From Vulcanimicrobiota bacterium (lineage in GTDB: Bacteria; Vulcanimicrobiota; Xenobia; Xenobiales; QWHO01), in contig CAUJEN010000043.1 of NCBI GenBank assembly GCA_963169765.1, positions 20,164 through 84,163 on the forward strand: a stretch of DNA of 64,000 nucleotides, given 5' to 3'. Under the pieces are notes generated by a model that did not search any database, had not been told where the DNA came from, and was given only the letters and a program-made list of their open reading frames with translations. Shown here one piece after another: positions 35,564-45,571 of this stretch. Position 1 is the stretch's first letter. The number at the start of each line of letters is the position of its first letter. Position numbers and translations under genes: made by a program.

Positions 35564-35624
35564 CACCGCAGCTTCTGGAGGGCCCGCAGGCCTCCCCTGC
35601 CTGAGAATCGAATCCAACCTCATA

Positions 35625-36062
35625 ATGATCGCGCCCGAGCTCGCTGAGAACGCGCTCTACATGGTTCCTCAGACCGATCTGGAGGAGAAGTTCATCCTCT
35701 GGTTCGCCTTCCGCCACAACCTTGATCGCGAGCGGCGGGGTAAGCGCGAGTGCCTGCTGCTGCCGGCCCAGAACGATCCCGAGCTGGCCACCCGCAATCT
35801 CTACCAGGCCTACAGGGAGTTCTGCCGGCGCTACCGCTACGTGGAGATCCCCAACCTCTACGGGCTCGAGCCCGAGAAGGCTCAACAGCTCTTGCGTCAA
35901 TTGGGATTAGCCTGGCAGTTCGAGGGGGTGCGCCAGGATCGTCGCTATCCGGTCGGCACGGTGGTCAGCCAGCGCCCCGCGCCAGGGGCGACGGCCCGGA
36001 TGGAAGGGGTGGTTTATCTCAGCGTGAACCAGGGGGATTTAACTCAGAGCCTCAAGCGCTGA
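35625..36062 (+). CDS. PASTA-domain-containing hypothetical protein
   Basis: C-terminal 'LYGLEPEKAQQLLRQLGLAWQFEGVRQDRRYPVGTVVSQRPAPGATARMEGVVYLSV' is PASTA-like. Start uncertain (ATG 35625 or upstream 35547). Confidence 0.45.
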   Translation: MIAPELAENALYMVPQTDLEEKFILWFAFRHNLDRERRGKRECLLLPAQNDPELATRNLYQAYREFCRRYRYVEIPNLYGLEPEKAQQLLRQLGLAWQFEGVRQDRRYPVGTVVSQRPAPGATARMEGVVYLSVNQGDLTQSLKR

Positions 36063-36135
36063 GTAACCAACCAGGAAGGATTCGCAAGGGAGAATCCTCC
36101 TTGCATCCATGTTACAAAGTGGCAGGGCAACCCCT

Positions 36136-36177
36136 TCACCCCCTGCACGGGGAGGGGGACCCCCGTGCAGGGGGTGA
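36136..36177 (+). promoter_or_regulatory. 17-bp perfect GC-rich hairpin (terminator/attenuator) in leader of response-regulator gene
   Basis: 'tcaccccctgcacgggg'-loop-'ccccgtgcagggggtga'. Preceded (36076-36105) by two overlapping alternative stems ('aggattc/gaatcct' and 'gcaagg/ccttgc'). Confidence 0.4.
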
Positions 36178-36233
36178 ATGCTGAAGGACCGTGATGGGGC
36201 ACGGTCAGAACTTCAAGAGGGAACGCGGGGGTC

Positions 36234-36938
36234 ATGAGCAAAGAACGTACGAGTCCTACTACTCTTCAAGGGGGGAAACCGGCCATTATTCGCCTCATGG
36301 TCGTTGACGACCACCTGCTGTTCCGTGAGGGTATTCGAAGCCTGCTGCGAGGCCATGAGGACATCGAGGTGGTGGCCGAAGCCTCGGGCGGCCACCAGGC
36401 CCTCGAGCTGGCCCGCGAGGTGGCCCCCGACGTCATTCTGCTCGACCTCAACATGCCCGGGATGGACGGCATCGAAGCCTGCGTGCGCTTCAAGGCCGAG
36501 CTGCCCACCACCAAGATCGTGATCCTGACGGTTTCGCGCGATCTGGCCTCGATCTTTCAGGCCGTTAAGGCGGGCGCCAGCGGATTTCTGACCAAGGACA
36601 CCGGCTCCAACGAGTTGCTCGACACGGTCCGCCGCGTCTTCCACGAGGGCAACCTGCTCGAGCCGATGCTGGCCGACCGGCTGCTGGCCGAGTTTTCGCA
36701 CCTTTCGGAGATGACCCGCCGCGAGGGGCTCGAACCGGGCCTGTTCGCCACCCTGAGCCCCCGCGAGCAAGAGATCCTCAAGCTTGTGGCGGGGGGCAAG
36801 CCCAACAAGGTGATCGCCTCCGAGCTGGCCATCAGCGAGCACACGGTGCGTAACCACATCTCCAACATCTTCCAGAAGCTGCAGGTCAACAATCGCACCG
36901 AGGCCACCGTGCTGGCCATGAAGAAGGGCCTGATCTAA
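36234..36938 (+). CDS. NarL/FixJ-family response regulator (REC + LuxR HTH)
   Basis: 'VVDDHLLFREG', 'DVILLDLNMPGMDG', 'ILTVS' receiver motifs. C-terminal 'LSPREQEILKLVAGGKPNKVIASELAISEHTVRNHISNIFQKL'. Confidence 0.85.
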   Translation: MSKERTSPTTLQGGKPAIIRLMVVDDHLLFREGIRSLLRGHEDIEVVAEASGGHQALELAREVAPDVILLDLNMPGMDGIEACVRFKAELPTTKIVILTVSRDLASIFQAVKAGASGFLTKDTGSNELLDTVRRVFHEGNLLEPMLADRLLAEFSHLSEMTRREGLEPGLFATLSPREQEILKLVAGGKPNKVIASELAISEHTVRNHISNIFQKLQVNNRTEATVLAMKKGLI

Positions 36939-36943
36939 GTTAA

Positions 36944-36972
36944 AGTGCAAGGCCTTTGGTCTTGCACTTTTC
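36944..36972 (+). terminator. Rho-independent terminator after response-regulator gene
   Basis: 'agtgcaaggcc-ttt-ggtcttgcact' stem followed by 'tttt'. A second 10-bp inverted repeat 'gctaatgtgc...gcacattagc' (37013-37047) overlaps the stop of the convergent PilZ gene. Confidence 0.5.
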
Positions 36973-37042
36973 AACGCGCTGGAACGCAGTTCCGGCGTGT
37001 TCGTCAGATTGTGCTAATGTGCCAGACCAAAGTGCGAGCACA

Positions 37043-37738
37043 TTAGCTCTCCGCCTGGGCCTTGAGCAGGTGCTCGACATACTGGTTGAGCTGGGAGCGC
37101 TGGGCCGGCGTCAGCTGGCTGAAGGTCAGCCCGTAATACCAGGTGTCCGCGAAGTGGGAGCTCATTTCGTGCACCACCTCGGCTTTCAGTTTCAGGGCCT
37201 TGAGGTGATAGTAAGGCCCGAGCACCACATCCAGCATCTCGCTACTGAGCGGGTGGCCCATCACCACCTGGGCCCCGCCCACCGAAAGGTTCTCCACCTT
37301 GCCCGGAAGAGTGGCGTTGATCTGCACCGACAGGGTGAAATCCTGGTTGACGGCGGCCCGCACCGAGCGGCGGCGCTCCTGGCTTTTCCCGCGCTTCATC
37401 CCCAGCTCGCGCAGGGCGCGCTCGACCCAGCTCCCCTCCAGGGCCGAGCGATACAGCCCTCCCACCTCGATGCTGGAAGTGAAGCGCTTCTGCCGGCACC
37501 AGCGCACCTCGAAGGTCACGCTTTTGCCCTGGATATCCCCTTTGGCGGCCGACACATTGAGCCGGGTTCCGGCCTTGAGCTTGCGGGGGACGATCAACCG
37601 CATGCCTTGCGTTCCCAGGTCGACCGCGGTGGCGTTGAAAGCCGCCTTGCCTTGCTCGCAGATGGTGGCCAGCTTGCAGCTGACGCGCTGGGTCTTCCGC
37701 TTCTGGTCGTAGTTGGGGGGCTTGCTGAAGAGGAACAC
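37043..37738 (-). CDS. Tandem PilZ-domain protein (c-di-GMP receptor-like)
   Basis: Two 'RxxxR ... D/NxSxGG' motifs: 'KRKTQRVSCK...AVDLGTQGMRL' and 'RRRSVRAAV...VENLSVGGAQV'. Confidence 0.75.
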   Translation of the reverse strand: MFLFSKPPNYDQKRKTQRVSCKLATICEQGKAAFNATAVDLGTQGMRLIVPRKLKAGTRLNVSAAKGDIQGKSVTFEVRWCRQKRFTSSIEVGGLYRSALEGSWVERALRELGMKRGKSQERRRSVRAAVNQDFTLSVQINATLPGKVENLSVGGAQVVMGHPLSSEMLDVVLGPYYHLKALKLKAEVVHEMSSHFADTWYYGLTFSQLTPAQRSQLNQYVEHLLKAQAES

Positions 37739-37756
37739 GCGAGGGGCTTCTTCGGC

Positions 37757-39277
37757 TCAGCCCTGCTCTTTCCCCCACCCGCCTCCTCCCGGCGTTTCCA
37801 GGCGAACGATCGTCCCGGCCGGGAAGTCCTGGCTGGACTGGGGAGCGAGCGGCTGCGGGTGGCCTCCGGGCAGGCGGTAGCTGTCGGCCCCGGCCTGGCC
37901 CGGCTGGCCCCCGCAGGCTCCCGGCGGACCGGACGCGCGCCGTTGGGCTAAAAGCGAAACGGTGGCCGGACGCAGCAACTCCACTTCGCGAACCAGCCCG
38001 TCCCCGCCGGGGAACGCTCCCTTCCCTCCGCTGCCCCGGCGCAGGGCGTAACGGCGCAGGCGGAGGGGGTGGTCGGACTCGAGCGACTCGGCCGGGGTGT
38101 TGCGGGTGTTGGTCATGTGGACCTGCAGCCCCGAGCCACCTGGCAATCCGCGGGCCGCCCCGGCTCCCCCGCCCGAGGTCTCGTAGTAGGCCCAGTCGCG
38201 CCCTCCCAGCACCAGGTTGCTCATGGTGCCGGCCGAGCAAGCGGGCACGCGCTCGGGGGCCAGCACCCCCAGTGCCTGGAAGACCAGGTCCACCACTCGC
38301 TGCGAGGTCTCCACATTGCCGGCGGCCACCGCCGCCCAGGCAGGCGGGTTCAACAGCGAGCCCTCGGGAGCCTCGATGGCGATGGGGCGGAAGGCTCCCT
38401 GGTTGACCGGAGCCTCCCCCCCCAGCATGCACAAAACGGCGTAATAGACCGCCGCCGAGGTGACCGGAAAGGGCGCGTTCAGGTTCCCGGGCAGGGCCGG
38501 CGAGGTGCCCGTGAAGTTACACGAAAGGCCCCTCGGCGAGATCTCCAGGGTTACGCGAAGGGGGACCCGCTGGCCCTGGTGCTCGAGAAAGTCCTCGGCC
38601 CGGGCTTTGCCCTCAGGGAGGTCCAAGAGAGCGACCCGCACCAGGCGCTCGGAGTGCTCGAGCAGGGCCCGGCACGAGCTCTCCCAATCGACCCGCCCGG
38701 CCAGCTCGGCCACCCGGCGCACGGCGGTGTGGTTGGCGGCCACCTGAGCGAGCAGGTCTCCCTCGCGCTCGCGGGGGGTGCGCACGTTGCGAAGCATGAG
38801 AGCCCACACGTCGGCGGCGCGACGTCCGTTCACCAGCAATCGCACCGGAGGAAGGATCAGCCCTTCCTGCACCAGCTCCTGCGACATCGGCATGGAGCCG
38901 GCCGCCATGCCTCCCACGTCGGCGTGGTGGGCGCGCGAAGCAGCGTAGCCCAGCCGGCGCTTGCCCAGGGTCAGGGGCGTGACCAGGGTCAGGTCGGGCA
39001 GGTGGGTGCCTCCCCAGCTGGGATCGTTGACCAGCACCATGTCGCGCGGCCCCATCTCGACCTCGCCTGCCAGCCTTTGCAGCAACTGGGGCATCGAGCC
39101 CAGGTGCACGGGGATGTGGGCCGCCTGGGCCAGCAGCTGGCCTGAGAGGTCGAACAAAGCGCACGAGAAGTCGAGCCGCTCGCGGATATTGGGCGAGAAG
39201 GCCGAGCGGCGCAGGGCCGCGCCCATCTCCTCGGCAACCCCCTCGAGCAGGCTGTGGAAGACGGCCAGGTCTTTCAT
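37757..39277 (-). CDS. Hydantoinase B/oxoprolinase family protein (HyuB-like)
   Basis: 'FSPNIRERLDFSCALFD', 'HLGSMP' and 'GGGGWG' C-terminus are HyuB/OplaH-B signatures. Overlaps the upstream hyuA stop (ATGA). Confidence 0.85.
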   Translation of the reverse strand: MKDLAVFHSLLEGVAEEMGAALRRSAFSPNIRERLDFSCALFDLSGQLLAQAAHIPVHLGSMPQLLQRLAGEVEMGPRDMVLVNDPSWGGTHLPDLTLVTPLTLGKRRLGYAASRAHHADVGGMAAGSMPMSQELVQEGLILPPVRLLVNGRRAADVWALMLRNVRTPREREGDLLAQVAANHTAVRRVAELAGRVDWESSCRALLEHSERLVRVALLDLPEGKARAEDFLEHQGQRVPLRVTLEISPRGLSCNFTGTSPALPGNLNAPFPVTSAAVYYAVLCMLGGEAPVNQGAFRPIAIEAPEGSLLNPPAWAAVAAGNVETSQRVVDLVFQALGVLAPERVPACSAGTMSNLVLGGRDWAYYETSGGGAGAARGLPGGSGLQVHMTNTRNTPAESLESDHPLRLRRYALRRGSGGKGAFPGGDGLVREVELLRPATVSLLAQRRASGPPGACGGQPGQAGADSYRLPGGHPQPLAPQSSQDFPAGTIVRLETPGGGGWGKEQG

Positions 39278-41157
39278 GAGCGCTCCAGCACCAGGTTGAG
39301 GTGGGGATCCACCCGGGCCTGCCAGCCGGCCGGCAGGTGCGTGGTGCAGTCGAGCTGCTCGATGCGGGCCGGTCCGACGAACCGGTCGCCGGGAACAAGC
39401 TCCGAGCGCCGGAAAGTCGTGCCTTTGAGGAGGCGCTCGCGAGCTGGCAGAGCCAGAAAGCGGGGGCGGGGGCGCGGCCGGGTCGCCCGCAGGCGCAAGG
39501 TCACCAGCTCCAGGGGATGCTCGGGGCGGGCATAGCCGTAGCGGCGCTTGTGGCGGCGCTGGAAGGCGGCCCTCAGGTCGCCCCGGAAGGGCACCGTCAG
39601 CTCGAAGCCCTGGCCCCGGTAGCGAAGGTCCACCAGGCGCTCGAAGCGCAGCTTGAGGCCCATGGCCTGGCGGGCTCGCTCCTCCAGCTCGGCGAAGTGT
39701 GGCGAGCAGGCCTCCACGGTGGCTTGCTCGAGCGGCTGCTGGCGCGAGAGGGCGAACTCTCGCATCCAGGGGGCCACCAGGGCCCCCAGGGCCGAGAGCA
39801 CGCCCGGATAAAGCGGTACCAGCACTCGCTGCATGGCCAGTTTCTCGGCCAGACTGGCAGCGAAGAGCGGCCCGGCCCCGCCATAGGGCACCAGGGTAAA
39901 CCGTCCGGGGTCGTAGCCCCGCTCCAGCGAGATGACCCGCAGGGCGCGCTCCATGTGGGCCTCGGCCACGGCCAGCACGGCCTCGGCCGCCTCCTCGGGA
40001 GAGCCCAGGCCCAGGCCGGCCAGGGCCTGGCGCGAGCGGGCGGCGTCCAGCTCGATCTCGCCCCCGGCCAGCTCGGTGGGCATGCGATCGAGCACCAGCA
40101 GGGCGTCGGTCACCGTGGGAGCGCTGCCCTTGCCGTAAGCGGCCGGGCCGGGATCAGAGCCCGCCGAGCGCGGCCCCACCCGCAGGGCGCCGCCGGCGTC
40201 GAGCCAGGCCAGCGAGCCCCCCCCGGCCCCTACCGTGTGAACATCGATCATCAGCTGGCGCACCGGCATGCCCTCCAGCTCGCCCTCGGCGGTATAGGCC
40301 ACCTGGCCGGGGCAAAGCGAGACGTCGGTGGAGGTGCCCCCCATGTCCAGGGTCACGATCTGATCGAACCCGGCCTGGCGGGACACCTCGAAGGCTCCGT
40401 GCACCCCCGCGGCCGGGCCCGAGAGCACCGCCGCCACGGCCCGCTCGGCCGCCTCGGCGGCGCTCATGACCGCCCCGGCCGAGTGGACCACGAAGAACTT
40501 TTTGCAGCCCAGCGGCTCGAGCTCGTGGTCGAGCTCGTGAAGATAGCGCGCCAGCACCGGCTGGAGGTAGGCATTGAGCACGGTGGTGGAGGCCCGCTCG
40601 TACTCGCGCATCTCGCCGCACACCTGGTGCGAGAGGGAGACCGGGAACCCGCTCAGGAGCTGGCCCAGGAGCTGCTCGTGCTGGGGGCGGAGGAAGGAGA
40701 AGAGCAGGCAGACGGCCACCGATTCGACCTTCAGCGCTCGCAGCCGGTCGGGCAATTCCTCGTCGAGCACCAGGGGCTCGAGCACTTCGCCCTCGGCCGA
40801 GACGCGCTCTTTCACCTCGAAGGTCAGTCGGGTCAGCGGCTCTTCGCGTCGGGGGACCAGGGCGTAGAGGTCGGGACGAGTGCCGCGCGCGAGCTCGAGC
40901 AGGTCGGCGAAGCCCTCGGTGGTGACGAAGGCGGTGCGGGCCCCCTGGCGCTCGAGGAAGGCGTTGGTGCCCACCGTGGTGCCCAGGGCCAGCTCAAAGC
41001 CGGGTCGGGGGTCGAGGCGGGCCAGTCCGCGCAGCACTCCCGGCGCGGCCGAGGGCCGGGTGGTGCTGACCTTGCAAAGGTGCAGCTGGCCGTCCTGAAA
41101 TAACACCAGATCGGTGAAGGTGCCGCCGGTATCCACTCCCACCAGGCTCATCAAGCT
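39274..41157 (-). CDS. Hydantoinase A/oxoprolinase family protein (HyuA-like)
   Basis: 'MSLVGVDTGGTFTDLVLF' ASKHA N-terminus, 'MGGTSTDV' and 'VDIGGT'. ATG at 41157 chosen inside the longer ORF. Confidence 0.85.
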   Translation of the reverse strand, partial: SLMSLVGVDTGGTFTDLVLFQDGQLHLCKVSTTRPSAAPGVLRGLARLDPRPGFELALGTTVGTNAFLERQGARTAFVTTEGFADLLELARGTRPDLYALVPRREEPLTRLTFEVKERVSAEGEVLEPLVLDEELPDRLRALKVESVAVCLLFSFLRPQHEQLLGQLLSGFPVSLSHQVCGEMREYERASTTVLNAYLQPVLARYLHELDHELEPLGCKKFFVVHSAGAVMSAAEAAERAVAAVLSGPAAGVHGAFEVSRQAGFDQIVTLDMGGTSTDVSLCPGQVAYTAEGELEGMPVRQLMIDVHTVGAGGGSLAWLDAGGALRVGPRSAGSDPGPAAYGKGSAPTVTDALLVLDRMPTELAGGEIELDAARSRQALAGLGLGSPEEAAEAVLAVAEAHMERALRVISLERGYDPGRFTLVPYGGAGPLFAASLAEKLAMQRVLVPLYPGVLSALGALVAPWMREFALSRQQPLEQATVEACSPHFAELEERARQAMGLKLRFERLVDLRYRGQGFELTVPFRGDLRAAFQRRHKRRYGYARPEHPLELVTLRLRATRPRPRPRFLALPARERLLKGTTFRRSELVPGDRFVGPARIEQLDCTTHLPAGWQARVDPHLNLVLERS

Positions 41158-41206
41158 GTTTGTCGCCTCGCAGGGGGGAGGCTCCTGCCGCCCGAATTGT
41201 TCAGGT

Positions 41207-42358
41207 ATGGAATACGGTGATGCGATCAACAACGCTATCGAGAGAACCAAGTACCTCCTGTGGGAGCGGCGCTCCAGAGTGCGCTGGCGGAACTTCGCCT
41301 TCTTGAGCGTCCTGGCCGGGGCCAACAGCGGCGGCGGCGGGGGCGGGGGAGGGGGCGACTTCAGCTCGCTCTTCAAGGGAGCTGACCACCACGACTCGTC
41401 CATGCGGGTGATGCTGGGCTGCTCGCTGGCCGGGGCGCTGGGTCTGGGGGCCCAGGCCGGTGACGGCCTCGAGTCCATGAGGCCCTACATGGCGCTGATC
41501 ATTCTCTTTGTCCTGGCGATGATGGTGCTCGCGGTGGGAATGACCTTCGCCAGCAACTTCGCCCGCGTCATTTTAGTCGAGAACATCGTGCACGACCGCG
41601 AGGCCATCGTCGAGCCCTGGGGCCGCCTGTCGCGGTTGGGCTGGTCGGTGCTCTGGTGGGGAGTGGGCTTTGTGATTGTCACGCTGATGCTTCTCGGCCT
41701 GCTCTGCGGAGTGCCGTTCGGAGTGGTGGCCGTGATGGCTGAGGGCGGAAACCACGGAGCACTCTTGTTGCTCATTCCCCTGCTCTTCTGGTTCCTGGCC
41801 CTGTTGATCCCTTTGTGCTTTGTTAACGGCTACTTCCAGGAGATCGTGGTGCCCCTGATGTATCGCCAGAACATCACCGCCAACGAGGCCTGGGCCCTGT
41901 TCAAGCCCATGTTCAAAGCCCAGAAGATGCGCTGGATCGGCTACATGGTCATCCACTTCTTCCTCTGCGTGGCGGGGGGCATCGCGAGCAGCCTGGCCGG
42001 CCTGCTCGTCGTCATGGTGGTCGGCATCGTGCTGGCCGTTCCCACGGCAGCCCTCTGGTACGCCGGCGGGTCGACCGTCGGGATTCTCTGCGCCTGTATC
42101 GCCGTGCCGCTCTTCATCATCATCTGGATCTGCGTCTTCGCCCTGTTCGGGGCCCCGGTCACGGTGGCAGCGCGCAGCTTCTCGATGTACATCCTGCAGC
42201 AGGTGGCCCCAGAGTATGGTTTCCTGCCGCTCGGTGGCCGCCCCCTGCAGCCCGCGATGCACGGCATCGAGGTCAATCCGGCCGGCACCGGGCTCAATCC
42301 GTCCGACTCGCCGGCCGAGACGCCCGGCTGGAGCGAGGAGCCTCCCGCGCAACCCTGA
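41207..42358 (+). CDS. Polytopic membrane protein of unknown function with internal poly-Gly run
   Basis: '[22 protein letters not shown]...', then G9 ('[12 protein letters not shown]'), then ~6 hydrophobic helices. No family assigned. Confidence 0.5.
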   Translation: MEYGDAINNAIERTKYLLWERRSRVRWRNFAFLSVLAGANSGGGGGGGGGDFSSLFKGADHHDSSMRVMLGCSLAGALGLGAQAGDGLESMRPYMALIILFVLAMMVLAVGMTFASNFARVILVENIVHDREAIVEPWGRLSRLGWSVLWWGVGFVIVTLMLLGLLCGVPFGVVAVMAEGGNHGALLLLIPLLFWFLALLIPLCFVNGYFQEIVVPLMYRQNITANEAWALFKPMFKAQKMRWIGYMVIHFFLCVAGGIASSLAGLLVVMVVGIVLAVPTAALWYAGGSTVGILCACIAVPLFIIIWICVFALFGAPVTVAARSFSMYILQQVAPEYGFLPLGGRPLQPAMHGIEVNPAGTGLNPSDSPAETPGWSEEPPAQP

Positions 42359-42429
42359 GAGCCACCGGCCCCTCGGGGCCCTTTTTCATGCCCCGAGGAG
42401 TTCGCGCCCGACGCCCGAAGCCAGGTATC

Positions 42430-42804
42430 ATGGAGAAAGACTGGCAAACCTGCCTCACACCCGAGCAGTATCGCATCTTGCGCGGTAAAGGCACCGAGCG
42501 CGCCTTTACCGGCAAGTACTACGCTCACAAGGAGAACGGCACCTATCTTTGCGCCGGCTGCGGGCACGAGCTCTTCTCCTCCGAGACCAAGTTCGACTCA
42601 GGCACAGGCTGGCCGAGCTTCTGGCAACCGGTGGACGAGGCGGCGGTGGCCTCAGAGACAGACGTCAGCCTCGGAATGACCCGCACCGAAGTGCTGTGCA
42701 GCAAATGCGGCGGCCATCTCGGCCACGTCTTCCCGGACGGTCCGGGTCCCACCCACCTGCGCTACTGCATCAACTCGGCCTCGCTCGACTTCAAGCCCAG
42801 ATGA
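42430..42804 (+). CDS. msrB: Peptide-methionine (R)-S-oxide reductase
   Basis: '[15 protein letters not shown]', '[11 protein letters not shown]', 'GWPSF', '[14 protein letters not shown]' (zinc CxxC pairs + catalytic Cys). ATGA overlap with the downstream fur-family gene. Confidence 0.9.
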   Translation: MEKDWQTCLTPEQYRILRGKGTERAFTGKYYAHKENGTYLCAGCGHELFSSETKFDSGTGWPSFWQPVDEAAVASETDVSLGMTRTEVLCSKCGGHLGHVFPDGPGPTHLRYCINSASLDFKPR

Positions 42805-43250
42805 TGCCCGCGCTCTTGCGCCAGAAGGGGTTGCGGGCCACGCCCCAGCGCACGGTCATCCTCGAGCTGTTGCACGAGGTCGAGGGCCACCACCACCTGA
42901 CCGCCCAGGAGCTCTTTCAGAAGGCTCAGGACCGTCTGCCCGGCCTGAACCTGGGCACCATTTACCGCACCCTGGAAGGGCTGTTCGAGGCCGGCCTGGT
43001 GGACCGGATGGACTCCGGGCAGGATACCGTGCGCTACTCGCTGCGCGACCCGGCTCACCTGCACGGTCACCTGCATTGCCGGGTCTGCCAGCAGGGTCCC
43101 GAAATTGGCCCCGAGGAGCTGGCTTTGATCGCGCGGCTCATCCAGGAGCGGTACGCTTTCGCGCTGGACGTCAACCACTTGACCCTGGCAGGGGTCTGCC
43201 TTGAATGCAGCCAGGTTGTCCGCCCGGCCTTTCCGGCCGCGCCTCTCTAG
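42801..43250 (+). CDS. Fur-family transcriptional regulator (Zur/PerR-like)
   Basis: '[12 protein letters not shown]', 'HLTAQELF', '[11 protein letters not shown]', 'HLHCRVCQ'...'CLEC'. Confidence 0.8.
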   Translation: MMPALLRQKGLRATPQRTVILELLHEVEGHHHLTAQELFQKAQDRLPGLNLGTIYRTLEGLFEAGLVDRMDSGQDTVRYSLRDPAHLHGHLHCRVCQQGPEIGPEELALIARLIQERYAFALDVNHLTLAGVCLECSQVVRPAFPAAPL

Positions 43251-43279
43251 AGCTCGAGTTAGAGCGATCAAGAGTCGCA

Positions 43280-44104
43280 TCAAGTCTCCCATTCAGCCCG
43301 AATCGCCTTCTCGCGCTCCGCCATCTCGGCGATGGCGGCCATCGTCTTCTTGGCGATGCGCAGGTAAGTGCGCCGGTCGCCCGGGGCGGCGAGCTCCTCG
43401 GAGAAGTCGACGGGTGCTCCCATGACCATGTGCACCACCGGCCGGGGCTTTCTCAGGTTCTCGATCGGCCAGCTCAGCACACTACGCGGGAAACCCTGCA
43501 AGAACACCGGCAACACGTTGGGTCTGGACTTGTGGATCACCATGCCGCAGCCCAGCTTGCCCGGCAGCAGGGCGTAGGGGTCCGGATTCTGATTGCGCTT
43601 GCCCTCAGGATGAAAGCCCACCAGGTTGCGGCGGTCGAGCAGCAGCTCGCCCAGCACTTCCATGGCGAAGTTGTTCCAGGCCATGCGGCGAGGGTCGCGG
43701 GTGATGGGCGGGTACATGGCCCCGAAGGAGAGGGACAAATTGACCACCAGTCCCAGCAGTGAATCGTAGAAGAAGGGCGAGCGGATGGGAAAGAAGATGC
43801 GGTGGTGATTGCCATACAGCGTGTAGAGCCGGCCCATGATGGAATACTGATCGTAGAACGAGCGGTGATTGGCCACCAGCAGGACCGAGCGGCTCGGGTC
43901 GATGAGCTTGAAGTTCTCAAACCCGTGATCTTGCACCAGGTGGCGGATGAAAGCCTCCACCCACAGGCGTGAGATCACCGAGTTGAACGGGGAGGCCAGG
44001 TCAGGGAACCAGCTCGAGCGGTTGATCACGTCCACCAGTCGAAAGTGAAAGCGTTCCAGTGGCTCGAGGCAGGCCAGCTGCTCGGAGGTGGGTTGAATCT
44101 TCAC
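43280..44104 (-). CDS. 1-acyl-sn-glycerol-3-phosphate acyltransferase family (PlsC-like)
   Basis: 'LLVANHRSFYD' (HX4D) and 'GFHPEG' (FPEGT-like). Confidence 0.8.
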   Translation of the reverse strand: MKIQPTSEQLACLEPLERFHFRLVDVINRSSWFPDLASPFNSVISRLWVEAFIRHLVQDHGFENFKLIDPSRSVLLVANHRSFYDQYSIMGRLYTLYGNHHRIFFPIRSPFFYDSLLGLVVNLSLSFGAMYPPITRDPRRMAWNNFAMEVLGELLLDRRNLVGFHPEGKRNQNPDPYALLPGKLGCGMVIHKSRPNVLPVFLQGFPRSVLSWPIENLRKPRPVVHMVMGAPVDFSEELAAPGDRRTYLRIAKKTMAAIAEMAEREKAIRAEWET

Positions 44105-44111
44105 CGGGGCT

Positions 44112-44894
44112 TTACTCCTGAGGAGCCGGACCCACCCGGGCCAGGTACTGGCGCAGCCAGCGCATGTAAGTCTTGCCCGGGTCGGTGCGGGCGCTGGCGG
44201 GGGGATAGCGGTCGGGATAGGTATCGTCGGCGTAGTCGGTGTACTCGCTCACCACCGACCTGCCGGCGCTGACCTCGTAATGGGCATAGACCTTATTGGC
44301 CGGAATGTCGAATTGGCGCATCAGAGAGCGCACCAGGCAGAAACTGGAGAAGACCTGGTCGGGGCGACTCAACAACTCGGCCTCGTTGCGGGCCACCATC
44401 TCGATGGAGAGGGCCACGTGGTTGACGCCGTAGGCTCCGGTGCAGCGTCGGTCGAGCGGCAAGAGCTGATACACGTTGCCCGAGGGCCCGATCATCAGCT
44501 GCACACTGACGTGGCCGAAGACCGTGCCTTTGTCGCCCGCGCTCATTTTGCAGCCGCGCAAGAACATGTTGCGCACGCTGAAGGCATCCGGGGTGACCGT
44601 GTAGTGCATGACGATGGCGCTGGGCTTGAAGGTCAGCCGGGGGTCGCGATAGTGGCGCTGGAAATACTGGTGATACTCTTCTTCCCAGTCCTGATAGGGC
44701 AGCATCCATTCCACCAGGCGAGGAGCCTCGTACTTGCGCTCCAGCAGCTTTCTGGGCAGGTCGGCCGAGAGGACCGGCCTGGGAGGGCGCTCGTAGCGCG
44801 CCTTCATGGCCTTGATGTCCTCGTCGGTGTAAGTTGTCTGGGCGGTCGTCATGAACCAGGCCGCAATCCAGAGCGTCAGGCGCCACCATCGCAT
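44112..44894 (-). CDS. Secreted N-acetylmuramoyl-L-alanine amidase (Amidase_2/PGRP-like)
   Basis: Signal/TM 'WWRLTLWIAAWFMTTAQT'. 'IVMHYT...' and 'HVSVQLMIGPSGNVYQLLPLDRRCTGAYGVNHVALSIEM' resemble the Amidase_2 core. Confidence 0.6.
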   Translation of the reverse strand: MRWWRLTLWIAAWFMTTAQTTYTDEDIKAMKARYERPPRPVLSADLPRKLLERKYEAPRLVEWMLPYQDWEEEYHQYFQRHYRDPRLTFKPSAIVMHYTVTPDAFSVRNMFLRGCKMSAGDKGTVFGHVSVQLMIGPSGNVYQLLPLDRRCTGAYGVNHVALSIEMVARNEAELLSRPDQVFSSFCLVRSLMRQFDIPANKVYAHYEVSAGRSVVSEYTDYADDTYPDRYPPASARTDPGKTYMRWLRQYLARVGPAPQE

Positions 44895-45042
44895 GACCGG
44901 AGATTTCGCAGCAGCGCGGTCGAGTCCTGGAGTCTTGAAAAAAAATCACCCGGCGCCCGCAGGCACCGGGGGGAACCGAGCCCGGCTCGCGGCGGAGAGG
45001 AGCCGGGCCGGAGGCGTTTCCCTGGCAGGGTCGATGCAAGGT

Positions 45043-45345
45043 TCAGCGGGCGTTGTGTTTGAGGCGATAGATCTGTCGGCTGCTCCGGTTGAGCTGATGC
45101 TGGGTGGCACGGCGCTCAGCCGCTGTGTAGCGCCCTCCGGTGGCCCGGTAGTAGCTCTCCCGGCGCTGGATGCGGGCCAGGTCGCGGCTGGCGTTGGCTG
45201 TCTCGGCTCGCGTCAACTGCCCGCTAGAGACGCCGTTGTAGATGCGGTTTGCCTGATTTCGTTCCCGTTCGTTGACCGGCTGGGCTTGAGCGGGAGAGAG
45301 CGCCAGGACGGTGAGAGCGGCCAGGAGCAGAAGACTGATACGCAT
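45043..45345 (-). CDS. Small secreted hypothetical protein
   Basis: 'MRISLLLLAALTVLALSPAQA' signal peptide, then a basic ~80-aa region. No family. Confidence 0.35.
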   Translation of the reverse strand: MRISLLLLAALTVLALSPAQAQPVNERERNQANRIYNGVSSGQLTRAETANASRDLARIQRRESYYRATGGRYTAAERRATQHQLNRSSRQIYRLKHNAR

Positions 45346-45571
45346 TGGTGGGTCCTCCTTGATTGAGATGGCCCATCCAACCGCTCGCCAGAGAAAAAGT
45401 TTCCCGTCCAGCATTCCCAAGAAGAATCTAGAAAATGGGCACTGTGATCTCGCCAGTGGAGGAAATCAAGCTGCAAGTTTCAGCAGTTGATTCCCGGCAA
45501 TCGCCCTCCGCGCCGCTCTCTGGAAGAGCTCTCCATCGGAGGCTGGCTTTCCTGAGCGTTCCGGGCTCGGC

